From contig JAEKKJ010000011.1 of the NCBI GenBank assembly GCA_019510435.1, forward strand, positions 115,252 through 179,251: a stretch of DNA of 64,000 nt. Direction: 5' to 3'. The first letter of the stretch is position 1. Each line of letters begins with the position of its first letter. The notes beneath the pieces were generated by a model. The model worked only from the letters and a program-made list of their open reading frames with translations. It made no database searches and had not been told where the DNA came from. Positions 46,556-55,393 of this stretch are shown here, piece by piece. A program made the position numbers and the translations under genes. The stretch is from Caulobacterales bacterium. GTDB taxonomy: Bacteria; Pseudomonadota; Alphaproteobacteria; Caulobacterales; Caulobacteraceae.

Positions 46556-47391
46556 GCCCGGGCCTCCCGGATGAGGGTTTCGAGGTGCGGCCGGCCGTCG
46601 CCGGCCCGCGCCAGCGCCATGGCCTCGCCGACGATCAGCAGGGCCGGTCCGCTGAGGGCGGCGGCGGCCTCGGGCAGACCGGACAGCGTGGTCACGATCC
46701 GCCGCTCGTCCGCGCGGCTGGCGTTCTCGACGATCAGCGCGGGGGTCGCCCCGTCCCGGCCGGCGGCCAGCAGGCGCGCAGCGATCGGGGCGGCCATGGA
46801 GAGGCCCATGTAGATCACCACGGTCTGGTTGGGCCGCGCCAGGCTCTCCCAGTCCAGGTCGGGCTCGCCGCCCTTGGCCGCATGGCCGGTGACAAAGGTG
46901 ACGGCCTGGGCCGCGCCGCGGTGGGTCAGGGGCGCGCCGGCGTTGGCGCTGGCAGCCAGGGCGGCGGTGACGCCCGGCACGATCAGGCACTCGACGCCCG
47001 CCTCGCGGCAGGCCTCCAGCTCCTCGCCGCCGCGGCCGAAGATGAACGGGTCGCCGCCCTTCAGCCGCACGACGTTCAGGCCCTCGAGCGCGAAGGCCAC
47101 CAGCATGCGGTTGATCTCGTCCTGGCTGTAGGAGTGCCGCGACTTGCGCTTGGCGACGCTGATCCGCCGCGCCGAGCTCGGGGCCAGGTCCAGGATCTCG
47201 TCGGAGACCAGGCCGTCGTGGACCACGACCTCAGCCGCCTGCAACGCCTTCAGCGCCTTGATCGTCAGCAGCTCCGGGTCGCCGGGGCCGGCGCCCACCA
47301 GCCACACGCGGCCCGGCCCGTGCGTCCGGGCCTTGCCGCCCAGGACCACCAGCCGATCCGATCCCCTGCCTTTGCCGAACCCTGCGGCCAT
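46552..47391 (-). CDS. cobA: Uroporphyrinogen-III C-methyltransferase (siroheme synthesis)
   Basis: LVGAGPGDPELLT, VVRLKGGDPFIFGRGGEE, VPGVTAA, VIYMG; no dehydrogenase/chelatase domain. Confidence 0.92.
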   Translation of the reverse strand: MAAGFGKGRGSDRLVVLGGKARTHGPGRVWLVGAGPGDPELLTIKALKALQAAEVVVHDGLVSDEILDLAPSSARRISVAKRKSRHSYSQDEINRMLVAFALEGLNVVRLKGGDPFIFGRGGEELEACREAGVECLIVPGVTAALAASANAGAPLTHRGAAQAVTFVTGHAAKGGEPDLDWESLARPNQTVVIYMGLSMAAPIAARLLAAGRDGATPALIVENASRADERRIVTTLSGLPEAAAALSGPALLIVGEAMALARAGDGRPHLETLIREARA

Positions 47392-47576
47392 GATTAGCTT
47401 CTCTATCGATACGCCGGGCCCTTAAAGCGACGGGGCGGACATGCCGCCCGCCCCGTCTGTCGCCACCGGTGAAAAGGGCCGATACACCAGCGGACGCTTG
47501 CAATAAGGGCGGCGAGAGGCCACTTCGCAATCCAAGGACTTCTGCGGGGGGTGTCAGGAATTCTCGAATGGAGCGG

Positions 47577-48524
47577 ATGCAACAGCGACGCCGCCTGCCG
47601 CCGCTCAACGCCCTTCGGGCGTTCGAGGCGGCCGCCCGCCACCTGAATTTCAGCCGCGCCGCCGACGAGCTCTCGGTGACGCCCGGCGCTGTCAGCCAGC
47701 AGATCCAGAACCTGGAGGACTATGTCGGCGCCGCGCTCTTCAAGCGCACGCCCAAGGGCCTGCTGCTCACCGACGCGGCCCAGACCGCCCTGCCCGCCCT
47801 GCGCGAGGCGTTCGACCGCCTGGCCGAGGCCGCCAGCCTGCTCACCGCCGCCGTGGACGGCCGGCGCCTGACCATCACCGCCCCGCCCTCCTTCGCCGCC
47901 AAGTGGCTGGTGCCGCGGCTGGGCGCGTTCGAGCGGGCCCATCCGCAGGTGGACGTCTGGCTCTCGGCCGGCATGGAGCTGGTGGACCTGACGGCCGGCG
48001 AAGTTGACCTCGCCATCCGCTATGGCGCCGGCCGCTATCCCGGGCTCGAGGTGCGCCGCATCTTCAGCGAGATGGTGCTGCCGGTGGTCAGCCCGGAACT
48101 CCTGAAGGAGCATCCCCTGGAGACGCCGGAGGACCTGGCCAACCACGTGCTGCTGCACGACGGCTCGCCCGAGATCGACGACAGCTGCCCGGACTGGCCC
48201 ATGTGGCTGGCGGCGCGCGGCCTGCGCGGGATCGACGGCCAGCGGGGACCGCGCTTCAACCAGTCCAGCCTGGTGATCGAGGCCGCCGCAAACGGCCGCG
48301 GCGTGGCCCTGGCCAAGCGCACCCTGGCCCAGGCCGACCTGGAGGCGGGACGGCTGGTGGCGCCCCTGCAGATCGCCACGGCGGTGGATTTCGCCTACTA
48401 CCTGGTGCATCCCAAGGCCAAGGGGCGGCTGCCGCAGGTGAAGGCCTTCATCGGCTGGATCGAGGCGGAGGCGGAAGCCCACGAAGCGGCCCTGCGCGCC
48501 ATAGATAACGGTGCGGGGATCTAG
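47577..48524 (+). CDS. LysR-family regulator (GcvA-like)
   Basis: LPPLNALRAFEAAARHLNFSRAADELSVTPGAVSQQI..LE; WL.PRL..F...HP. Confidence 0.9.
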   Translation: MQQRRRLPPLNALRAFEAAARHLNFSRAADELSVTPGAVSQQIQNLEDYVGAALFKRTPKGLLLTDAAQTALPALREAFDRLAEAASLLTAAVDGRRLTITAPPSFAAKWLVPRLGAFERAHPQVDVWLSAGMELVDLTAGEVDLAIRYGAGRYPGLEVRRIFSEMVLPVVSPELLKEHPLETPEDLANHVLLHDGSPEIDDSCPDWPMWLAARGLRGIDGQRGPRFNQSSLVIEAAANGRGVALAKRTLAQADLEAGRLVAPLQIATAVDFAYYLVHPKAKGRLPQVKAFIGWIEAEAEAHEAALRAIDNGAGI

Positions 48525-49196
48525 TTGCGGCGCGTACTCGGAGGTCTCGTGGCGGCGCTTATTGCCGTGGGCTCGGCGGCGGCGGAGCCCCAATCTGCTT
48601 CTTCGGCGGACTCGACCGCCAGCCAGCCGGCCGGCTACGTCGAGCGGCTGCGCATGCTGGCCCAGCTGCAGACGCTGAATTCCGACCTGCTGAGCCATGA
48701 CAGCGCCACGGCGGTCCTGCAGGCCCTCTGCGACCGGCGCGAGGCCGGCGGCCCCCGCATCCGCGCCCGCCACGTCGCGGTCGAGGACGACGCCGAGACC
48801 CTGGCCGCGGTCCGTCGCGACCTCAAGGCCGCGTCCAACGAGCCGGTGCGACATCGCCGGGTCGAGCTGCTGTGCGGCGAGGCGGTCCTGTCGAAGGCCG
48901 ACAACTGGTACCTGCCCGACCGGCTGACCGGCGAGATGAACCGGGCTCTGGAGACCACCGAGACCCCCTTCGGCGTGGCCGTGCGGGCCCTCGCCTTCCA
49001 GCGCCGCACGCTCTCGGCCAAGCTGCTGTTCGAGCCCCTCCCCGCCGGCTGGGAAGCCCGGCCGCCCGCCACCTTCGAGGCCCCCATCCATCCGCCGCCC
49101 GAAGTGCTGCAGCACCGCGCGGTCCTGCAGACGCCCGACGGCCGGCCCTTCAGCCTGCTGGTGGAGACCTATACCGACAAGGTGCTGCGGCCTTAG
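48525..49196 (+). CDS. Hypothetical exported protein, chorismate-lyase (UbiC)-like fold suspected
   Basis: TTG immediately after LysR stop; signal peptide; RRVELLCG..VLS.A.NWY and TPFG.AV resemble UbiC segments. Confidence 0.6.
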   Translation: MRRVLGGLVAALIAVGSAAAEPQSASSADSTASQPAGYVERLRMLAQLQTLNSDLLSHDSATAVLQALCDRREAGGPRIRARHVAVEDDAETLAAVRRDLKAASNEPVRHRRVELLCGEAVLSKADNWYLPDRLTGEMNRALETTETPFGVAVRALAFQRRTLSAKLLFEPLPAGWEARPPATFEAPIHPPPEVLQHRAVLQTPDGRPFSLLVETYTDKVLRP

Positions 49197-49217
49197 CGGA
49201 TCCAGCGGCCCTGCAGC

Positions 49218-50411
49218 CTATGCCGCGGGCTCCAGGATGGGCGCTGTCGCATCCGTGGTGGAGGTCAGGTTGGGCTCGGCCAGGCTGGCCAGGGCGCCGC
49301 GTTCGACCTTGTGCACCATGGCAGCGAGGTGCGCCGGGCGCTCCACCCGCATCCAGGGCTGCGCCTCGATGGCGGCCTTCAGGTCCCGGTAGCCGGCGGC
49401 GCGGCGATCGGCGATCGAGCTGCGCGAAAATTCCGCGTCGCTGTTGGGGATCTGGTCGTCCGCCGGGTGGTAGGTGACGTGGACGATGTCCAGGCGGCCG
49501 GTGTGGAGAAGCTCGCTGTCGGGCACGGCCGCGACCTCGGGCGCGCCAGCATGTCGGGCCACCCGGACGGCGTGGCGCAGGTTGATCTTGGTGGCCACCG
49601 CGTCGATGTGGTGGGCCGTGCGGCTGGCGTACTGGATCTGCTTGGCCCGCCAGGTGACGTCGCCCATGTTGGTCGGCGGCTTGCCCGAGGCGCTCCAGAG
49701 GTCGACCATGAACACGACCGTGTGCGGATAGTCCGGCTCGTCCAGCAGCACGTCGAGCGGCGTGTTGGAGACGCAGCCCCCATCCCAGTAGAGGCTCTCG
49801 CCGATCGGCGTGGCCGGAAAGCCTGGCGGCAACGAGCCGCTCGCCAGCACGTGGTGCGGCCCCAGCTCGATCTCCTGGCTGTCGAAGAACTTCAGCTGGC
49901 CCGTCTCGACATTGGTCGCGCCGAGGCTGAGCCGGGTCGTGCCGCGGTTGATGGTGGGGAAGTCCGCGAACTGCGCCAAGGTCGCGAGCATGGGACCGGT
50001 GTCGTAGAAGCTGACCTGAGCCGGCGGCGCGGCCGACAGCAGCAGGGGGTTGAGCAGCCGCGGCGCGAAGAAATTGGGCTGGCCGAACATGAGGGCCTCC
50101 CAGTTGCTAGCCCAGTTGTGCAGCACTCCGCTGCCGAAGGCCCAGGCGCCGAGCAGATCGGGCCACGAGATCGCCTCCCACAGCCCCTGCAGCTTGGCGA
50201 CCCGATCCTCCGGCGGGTTGCCGGCGATGACCGCCGCATTGATCGCGCCAATCGAGATGCCGGCCACCCAGTCGGGGTGCAGGCCCGCCTCGGCCAGGGC
50301 CTCATAGGCGCCAATGTGATAGGCGCCGAGCGCGCCGCCGCCCTGGAGCATCAGGGCGATCCGCGGCGCCGCTGCGGCGCGAGCCTCTTGAGTGGGAGAC
50401 GAGTCCGGCAT
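49218..50411 (-). CDS. Patatin-like phospholipase with DUF3734-like C-terminus
   Basis: QGGGALG, GISIG (GxSxG), ASGSLPPGFP, WDGG. Confidence 0.88.
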   Translation of the reverse strand: MPDSSPTQEARAAAAPRIALMLQGGGALGAYHIGAYEALAEAGLHPDWVAGISIGAINAAVIAGNPPEDRVAKLQGLWEAISWPDLLGAWAFGSGVLHNWASNWEALMFGQPNFFAPRLLNPLLLSAAPPAQVSFYDTGPMLATLAQFADFPTINRGTTRLSLGATNVETGQLKFFDSQEIELGPHHVLASGSLPPGFPATPIGESLYWDGGCVSNTPLDVLLDEPDYPHTVVFMVDLWSASGKPPTNMGDVTWRAKQIQYASRTAHHIDAVATKINLRHAVRVARHAGAPEVAAVPDSELLHTGRLDIVHVTYHPADDQIPNSDAEFSRSSIADRRAAGYRDLKAAIEAQPWMRVERPAHLAAMVHKVERGALASLAEPNLTSTTDATAPILEPAA

Positions 50412-50467
50412 CGCAACCTCCGTAGCAAGGTGGACGGGAACTACCTTGCGTTGAGGCTACGCTTGGA

Positions 50468-50504
50468 TTGTGCAACGCACAACGGCTCTTTGTGCAACGC
50501 AACG
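50468..50504. promoter_or_regulatory. Direct repeat TTGTGCAACGCA x2 (PhaR-like boxes) upstream of the patatin gene
   Basis: Copies at 50468-50479 and 50490-50501, 22-bp period. Confidence 0.6.
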
Positions 50505-50512
50505 ATGAAGGC

Positions 50513-50839
50513 TCAGCCCCCGCCGATCCGCGTCAGATAGCCCTCGATCTCGGCCACGGTCTCGGCGAGCATCGCCTTCAGCTGCGGCGCCAGGGACGCA
50601 TCGCCCCGCTCGCCCCGGTCGGCGAGGTCGCCCAGCGCGCCCGCGCCGATCGCCCGCGCCGCGCCCTTGATGGTGTGGGCCAGGTCGCGCCAGCCCTCGC
50701 CCGGCGCCTCCAGCTGGGTGATCCAGCCCTCCGCCTGGCCCCGGAACAGGGCCAGCACCTCGGTCACCACGGTCATGTCGCCGGCCGCATAGCCCTCGAG
50801 GTAGTCGAAATCGACGACGTTCTGCGGTGCGCCGCTCAT
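50513..50839 (-). CDS. Single-domain histidine phosphotransferase (Hpt), ShpA-like
   Basis: VDFDYLEGYAAGD..VV.EVLALFR.QA..W, HTIKGAARAIGA. Confidence 0.82.
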   Translation of the reverse strand: MSGAPQNVVDFDYLEGYAAGDMTVVTEVLALFRGQAEGWITQLEAPGEGWRDLAHTIKGAARAIGAGALGDLADRGERGDASLAPQLKAMLAETVAEIEGYLTRIGGG

Positions 50840-50903
50840 CGCAAGACCTTCCTGTTCCGCCCGCGCCCGATGGACGAGTCGGGCGCCCGACGCCATCATC
50901 GCC

Positions 50904-52547
50904 ATGGGGCCATCCAACGCCAGCGGAGACCGCATCTTGCGCCTGCATCGCCTGACGGCCTTCTGGCTGTGCCTTGTCGCGACTGCGATCGGCCTGGTCT
51001 TCCTGCGCGAGGGGGCCTGGGCGTGGTGGCTGGCTGGCCTGGGGGCGGCGCTCAGCCTCCTGGGCCTGCACGACCTCACCCAGCCGCACCATTCGATCCT
51101 GCGCAACTATCCGGTGATCGGCCACATCCGCTGGATGGCCGAGATGGTGCGCCCGGAGCTTCGCCAGTACCTGATCGAGGCCGACGAGGACGCCGCGCCC
51201 TTCTCCCGCAGCCAACGCAGCCTGGTCTACATGCGCGCCAAGGGCGAGCCGGGGGAACGGCCGTTCGGCACCCTGCTGGACGTCTATCGCGGCGGCTACG
51301 AGTTCATCGGCCACTCGATGCGCCCGGTCCCGGCGGCGGACCCGAAGAGCTTCCGCATCGCCATCGGCGGTCCGCAGTGCGAGCGCCCCTACGCCGCCTC
51401 GGTGTTCAACATCTCAGCCATGAGCTTCGGCGCCCTCAGCGCCAACGCCATCCGCGCGTTGAACCGCGGCGCGGCCATGGGCGGGTTCTACCACGACACC
51501 GGCGAGGGCAGCATCAGCCCCTACCATCGCGAAGGCGGCGGCGACATCGTCTGGGAGATCGGCTCCGGCTACTTCGGCTGTCGCACCGAGGACGGCCATT
51601 TCGACGCCGACCGCTTCGCCGTGCAGGCCCAGGCCGAGCAGGTGAAGATGATCGAGATCAAGCTGAGCCAGGGCGCCAAGCCCGGGCATGGCGGGGTCCT
51701 GCCGGCGCCCAAGGTCTCGCCCGAGATCGCCCGCACCCGCGGCGTGGCCATGGGCCGCGACTGCGTCTCGCCGGCCGCCCACAGCGCCTTCTCCAACCCC
51801 CGAGAGATGATGGCCTTCATCGTCACCCTGCGCCGGCTCTCCGGCGGCAAGCCGGTGGGGTTCAAGCTGTGCCTGGGGCACCCGTGGGAGTTCATGGGCA
51901 TCGTCAAGGCGATGCTGGAGACCGGCGTGACCCCGGATTTCATCGTCGTCGACGGCGCCGAGGGCGGCACGGGCGCCGCGCCGACCGAGTTCTCCGACCA
52001 CATCGGCGCGCCGCTGCGCGAGGGCCTGCTGTTCGTCCACAACACCCTGGTGGGCGCGGGTCTGCGCGACCGGCTGAAGATCGGGTGCGCCGGCCGGGTG
52101 GTCAGCGCGTTCGACATGGCCAGCCTGCTGGCCATCGGCGCGGATTGGATCAATGCGGCCCGCGGCTTCATGTTCGCCCTGGGCTGTGTCCAGTCGCTGA
52201 GCTGCAACACCAACCGCTGCCCCACCGGCGTCGCCACCCAGGACCCGGCGCGCCAGAAGGCCCTGGTCGTGCCGGACAAGGCCGAGCGGGTCGCCAGCTT
52301 CCACCGCCTGAGCTTGAAGGCCCTGGCCGACATGCTGGCCGCCGCGGGCCTGACCCATCCGGACCAGCTGACCCCGCACCACATGGTGCGCCGCGTGAGC
52401 CTCACCGAAGTGCGCCCGTTCGCGGACCTGCACACCTTCCTGGCGCCTGGCGTGCTGCTGGACGGCGCCTGCGAGGACAGCTTCTACGCCGGCATGTGGG
52501 CCCGGGCCTCCGCCGACGCCTTCGACCCGACCGCGGTCCCCGCCTGA
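50904..52547 (+). CDS. Stand-alone FMN-binding glutamate synthase family protein with N-terminal TM helices
   Basis: ISAMSFGALS, DTGEG, EIKLSQGAKPGHGG.LP, DGAEGGTGAAP, GCVQSLSCNTNRCPTG. Confidence 0.88.
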   Translation: MGPSNASGDRILRLHRLTAFWLCLVATAIGLVFLREGAWAWWLAGLGAALSLLGLHDLTQPHHSILRNYPVIGHIRWMAEMVRPELRQYLIEADEDAAPFSRSQRSLVYMRAKGEPGERPFGTLLDVYRGGYEFIGHSMRPVPAADPKSFRIAIGGPQCERPYAASVFNISAMSFGALSANAIRALNRGAAMGGFYHDTGEGSISPYHREGGGDIVWEIGSGYFGCRTEDGHFDADRFAVQAQAEQVKMIEIKLSQGAKPGHGGVLPAPKVSPEIARTRGVAMGRDCVSPAAHSAFSNPREMMAFIVTLRRLSGGKPVGFKLCLGHPWEFMGIVKAMLETGVTPDFIVVDGAEGGTGAAPTEFSDHIGAPLREGLLFVHNTLVGAGLRDRLKIGCAGRVVSAFDMASLLAIGADWINAARGFMFALGCVQSLSCNTNRCPTGVATQDPARQKALVVPDKAERVASFHRLSLKALADMLAAAGLTHPDQLTPHHMVRRVSLTEVRPFADLHTFLAPGVLLDGACEDSFYAGMWARASADAFDPTAVPA

Positions 52548-52557
52548 GACCGCGGGC

Positions 52558-53346
52558 TCAGCTGCGGGCGTTGCGCCAGGCGGCGATGTCCGAGGCCGGG
52601 TTCCACCGGTAGCCGAGGTAGGGCCCCAGCACCGGGTCCTCCGCGAACTCGCCGTCCAGCAGCCGTGGGATGTCGATCTGCTGGGCCAGGAGCGGGCGGC
52701 CGATGAGGTGGTTCACCGCGCGGCGCGGGCGGGGCGAGATGTTTGCGCCGGCGCAGTGGTAGAGCATGGCGTCCATCATGATCACGCTGCCGGCCGGGGC
52801 GACCATGCCGAGCTGGTGGTCCGCGACGAACCGGTCCGACGGGAACGCCTCGTGCCGGTGCGACCCTGGCAGCACCAGGGTGGCGCCGGTGTCGGGATGG
52901 AAGTCGTCGATGCAGAGCAGCGCGTTGACCGCCAGGGCCTGGGTGCCGACGAAGTGCTGGTACGGGAGGTCGCGGTGCCAGCGGGCCTGGACGTGACGCG
53001 CCTTGGGCCGGTTGACGATGCCGTTCTGCTGCAGCAGCACCAGGTTCTCGCCCAGCGCCCGCCGGGCGACCTGCAGAACCGCCGGCGCTGTCGCCGCGGC
53101 CAGGAACGCCCGATCCGCGGCCAGCGGACACCGCAGCACGTCGGCGTCCGGCCCCACGGTCTCGCCCGCCGCCTGGTCCTGCGCCAGCCGGTCGATGCGG
53201 ATCCTCAGGTCGTCGATCACCGCCGATGGCAGGGCGTCGGGGACCACGGTGTAGCCAATGCGCTCCAGCTCCTCGACGTGCAGGTCGAGGTCGTCGGCGA
53301 GGCTGCGCCGCTGGGTGACGCCGTAGGTGGCGGGCGGGTCGGCCAT
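52558..53346 (-). CDS. Phytanoyl-CoA dioxygenase (PhyH) family Fe(II)/2-oxoglutarate oxygenase
   Basis: GYTVVPDA, WHRD (HxD), GAT.VLPGSH, distal His YHCAGAN, R.A. Confidence 0.85.
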   Translation of the reverse strand: MADPPATYGVTQRRSLADDLDLHVEELERIGYTVVPDALPSAVIDDLRIRIDRLAQDQAAGETVGPDADVLRCPLAADRAFLAAATAPAVLQVARRALGENLVLLQQNGIVNRPKARHVQARWHRDLPYQHFVGTQALAVNALLCIDDFHPDTGATLVLPGSHRHEAFPSDRFVADHQLGMVAPAGSVIMMDAMLYHCAGANISPRPRRAVNHLIGRPLLAQQIDIPRLLDGEFAEDPVLGPYLGYRWNPASDIAAWRNARS

Positions 53347-53362
53347 GGCGAAGATCCCTCCT

Positions 53363-54364
53363 TTACGGCTGGCGGGCTTTAGCGCCGAGCTCCCGGCCCA
53401 GCGCCTGTTCGAGCCAGTCGTGGACGCTGAGGCCCTGCGCCGCCGCGGCCTCCAGCACCCGGGCCTTGGTCTGCGGGGTCACCGCCTCCAGTTGGCCATG
53501 GTGGCGGGTCCACATGCTGCCGCCGCGCCAGCCCTTGTGGGCCACGTTCGGGTCGATCTCCGGAAGCCCACGGCCGACGGTGAACTCGATAACCCAGAAA
53601 CACTCGCCGAGCACCCAGGTGAGGTTCACGTCCTGGGCGTTGGGCGGCAGCCGCTCGATCGGCGCGGCATAGGCCCAGAGGCGGTTGTTGGCGATCACCA
53701 TCCGCCCGTAGTCCGTGTCGCGCAGCCAAGGCGCCACACCCTCGTCACCCGCCACCACCCGGCCGCCGACCCGCACCACCCGGGCCATCTCCGCGAGACC
53801 TTGGCCAACGTCGTCGAACAGGTTGATGCCGCCGAAGTGGAACGCCGCGTCGAAGGCGCCGTCCGCGAAGGGCAGGCGCAGCGCATCGCCCGCCGAAAAA
53901 TGCACCGCCGCGCCGGTGGCGGCCCAGGTCGAGGCCGCCTTGGCCACCATGGCCGGGGACAGGTCCTGGGCGTGGACCTCGCCGGTGGAGCCCACCTGCT
54001 CCAGGATCGCGGAGATGTCGTCGCCGAGGCCGGCCCCGGTCACCAGGACCCGCGCGCCGGGCGCGAGCCGCAGGCGCGCCGCCATGCTGGCCCGGAACGC
54101 CGCCTCGTCCTGGCGGAAAGTCGCGAACAGCCAGTCGAGGAAGTTGCGGTAAACCTCTACCGCGACACGGGAATCGTACATCGAGAGCGAGGCCTGCGCG
54201 CCCTCTCCGGCCTCGACCGCGGCGGTGAAATCCGGCGCCCGCGTGGCCCCGGCCACGTCGGTCGGCAGGAACCGATACAGTTTGCCATCCGATCGAAGCA
54301 GGCCATCCTCGGTCACCGTCAGGGGCTGCCGCGTTTCAGGGCAAACGTATGAGACCGAAGGCAT
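53363..54364 (-). CDS. Class I SAM-dependent methyltransferase with short N-terminal CP..RQPL segment and RHH-like C-terminal tail
   Basis: VLVTGAGLG, QDLSPAMV, GDALRLPFADGAFDAAFHFGG, EMARVVRVGG. Confidence 0.82.
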   Translation of the reverse strand: MPSVSYVCPETRQPLTVTEDGLLRSDGKLYRFLPTDVAGATRAPDFTAAVEAGEGAQASLSMYDSRVAVEVYRNFLDWLFATFRQDEAAFRASMAARLRLAPGARVLVTGAGLGDDISAILEQVGSTGEVHAQDLSPAMVAKAASTWAATGAAVHFSAGDALRLPFADGAFDAAFHFGGINLFDDVGQGLAEMARVVRVGGRVVAGDEGVAPWLRDTDYGRMVIANNRLWAYAAPIERLPPNAQDVNLTWVLGECFWVIEFTVGRGLPEIDPNVAHKGWRGGSMWTRHHGQLEAVTPQTKARVLEAAAAQGLSVHDWLEQALGRELGAKARQP

Positions 54365-54478
54365 TGGGCTCTCTGACCGGACCGCTCGCAAGACGTGGAG
54401 ACGCAGGCATGGTGAGGCGCTTCAGCAAGCCCGTCCAGCGACCACGTCGGACCGCGGGGCCCTGCCCCATGGCGCGCC

Positions 54479-55393
54479 ATGGCCTGGCGTAAGCTCGGCC
54501 TCGTCTACAGGCCGCCCGGCACGGCCGCCTGGGCGCTGACCAATGCGGCCTACCCCACCGCCGAGGTGGTCGCGGAGGATCGCCTCAGGATCTATTTCAC
54601 CAGCCTGGACGCCAACAACTTCGGGCGCGGCGGCTGGCTGGAGGTCGACCCCACGGACCCCTGCCGGGTGCTGGAGCTCTGCGACGGCCCGATCCTCGAC
54701 ATCGGCGATCCGGGCGACTTCGACGACTGCGGGGCCAACCCCTTCTCGGTGCTCACCTTCCAGGGCCGGCGGCTGATGTACTACCAGGGCTGGCAGCGCG
54801 GCCTGCGCACCCCCTTCGCCGCCTTCACCGGCCTGGCGGTCGGCGACGCGGCCGGGCGCTTCACCAAGTGGGCCCGCGTGCCGATCCTGGACCGCACCGA
54901 CGAGGAGCCGCACATCCGCGGCGCCCCGTGCGTCCTGGACTGCGGCGACCATCTGCGCATGTGGTACGTGGCCTCCAGCCGCTGGTCCGAGGGGCCGGCG
55001 GGATTGCACTACTTCGTCACCATCCGCCACGCGACCTCCACGGACGGGATCACCTGGACGACGACGCCAGGACCCTGCCTGACCCCCGAGGACGACGAAT
55101 ACGCCGTCGGGCGGCCGTGGGTGGTGCGCGACGGCGCCCTCTTCCGCATGTGGTACGCGATCCGCTCGCTGAACCGGCCCTACGCCATCGGCTATGCCGA
55201 GTCCGACGACGGCCTCACGTGGCGGCGACAGGACGACCGCGCCGGCATCGCGCGCTCGGCGGAGGGCTGGGACTCGGAGATGATCTGCTTTCCCAACGTG
55301 GTCGACGCGGGCGGGCGCAGGCTGCTGTTCTACAACGGCAATCGCCATGGCGCGTCGGGGTTCGGCTGCGCCGAGTGGGTGGCGGACGCCTGA
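54479..55393 (+). CDS. Five-bladed beta-propeller glycosidase-like protein (GH43/32/130 clan-like)
   Basis: Repeating blades: [42 protein letters not shown]. Confidence 0.72.
   Translation: MAWRKLGLVYRPPGTAAWALTNAAYPTAEVVAEDRLRIYFTSLDANNFGRGGWLEVDPTDPCRVLELCDGPILDIGDPGDFDDCGANPFSVLTFQGRRLMYYQGWQRGLRTPFAAFTGLAVGDAAGRFTKWARVPILDRTDEEPHIRGAPCVLDCGDHLRMWYVASSRWSEGPAGLHYFVTIRHATSTDGITWTTTPGPCLTPEDDEYAVGRPWVVRDGALFRMWYAIRSLNRPYAIGYAESDDGLTWRRQDDRAGIARSAEGWDSEMICFPNVVDAGGRRLLFYNGNRHGASGFGCAEWVADA

Noticed and set aside
47392-47520. SAM-II riboswitch before the cys operon
   Set aside because: Only the 3' GTCGCT..AAGGGCC end is similar; UGAUUU, the P1 pairing and the internal UUGCA are not in the right arrangement.
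49218-50411. Patatin as a CBASS or retron anti-phage effector
   Set aside because: No CD-NTase, reverse transcriptase or other defence gene adjacent; the DUF3734-type tail and upstream boxes fit a metabolic role better.
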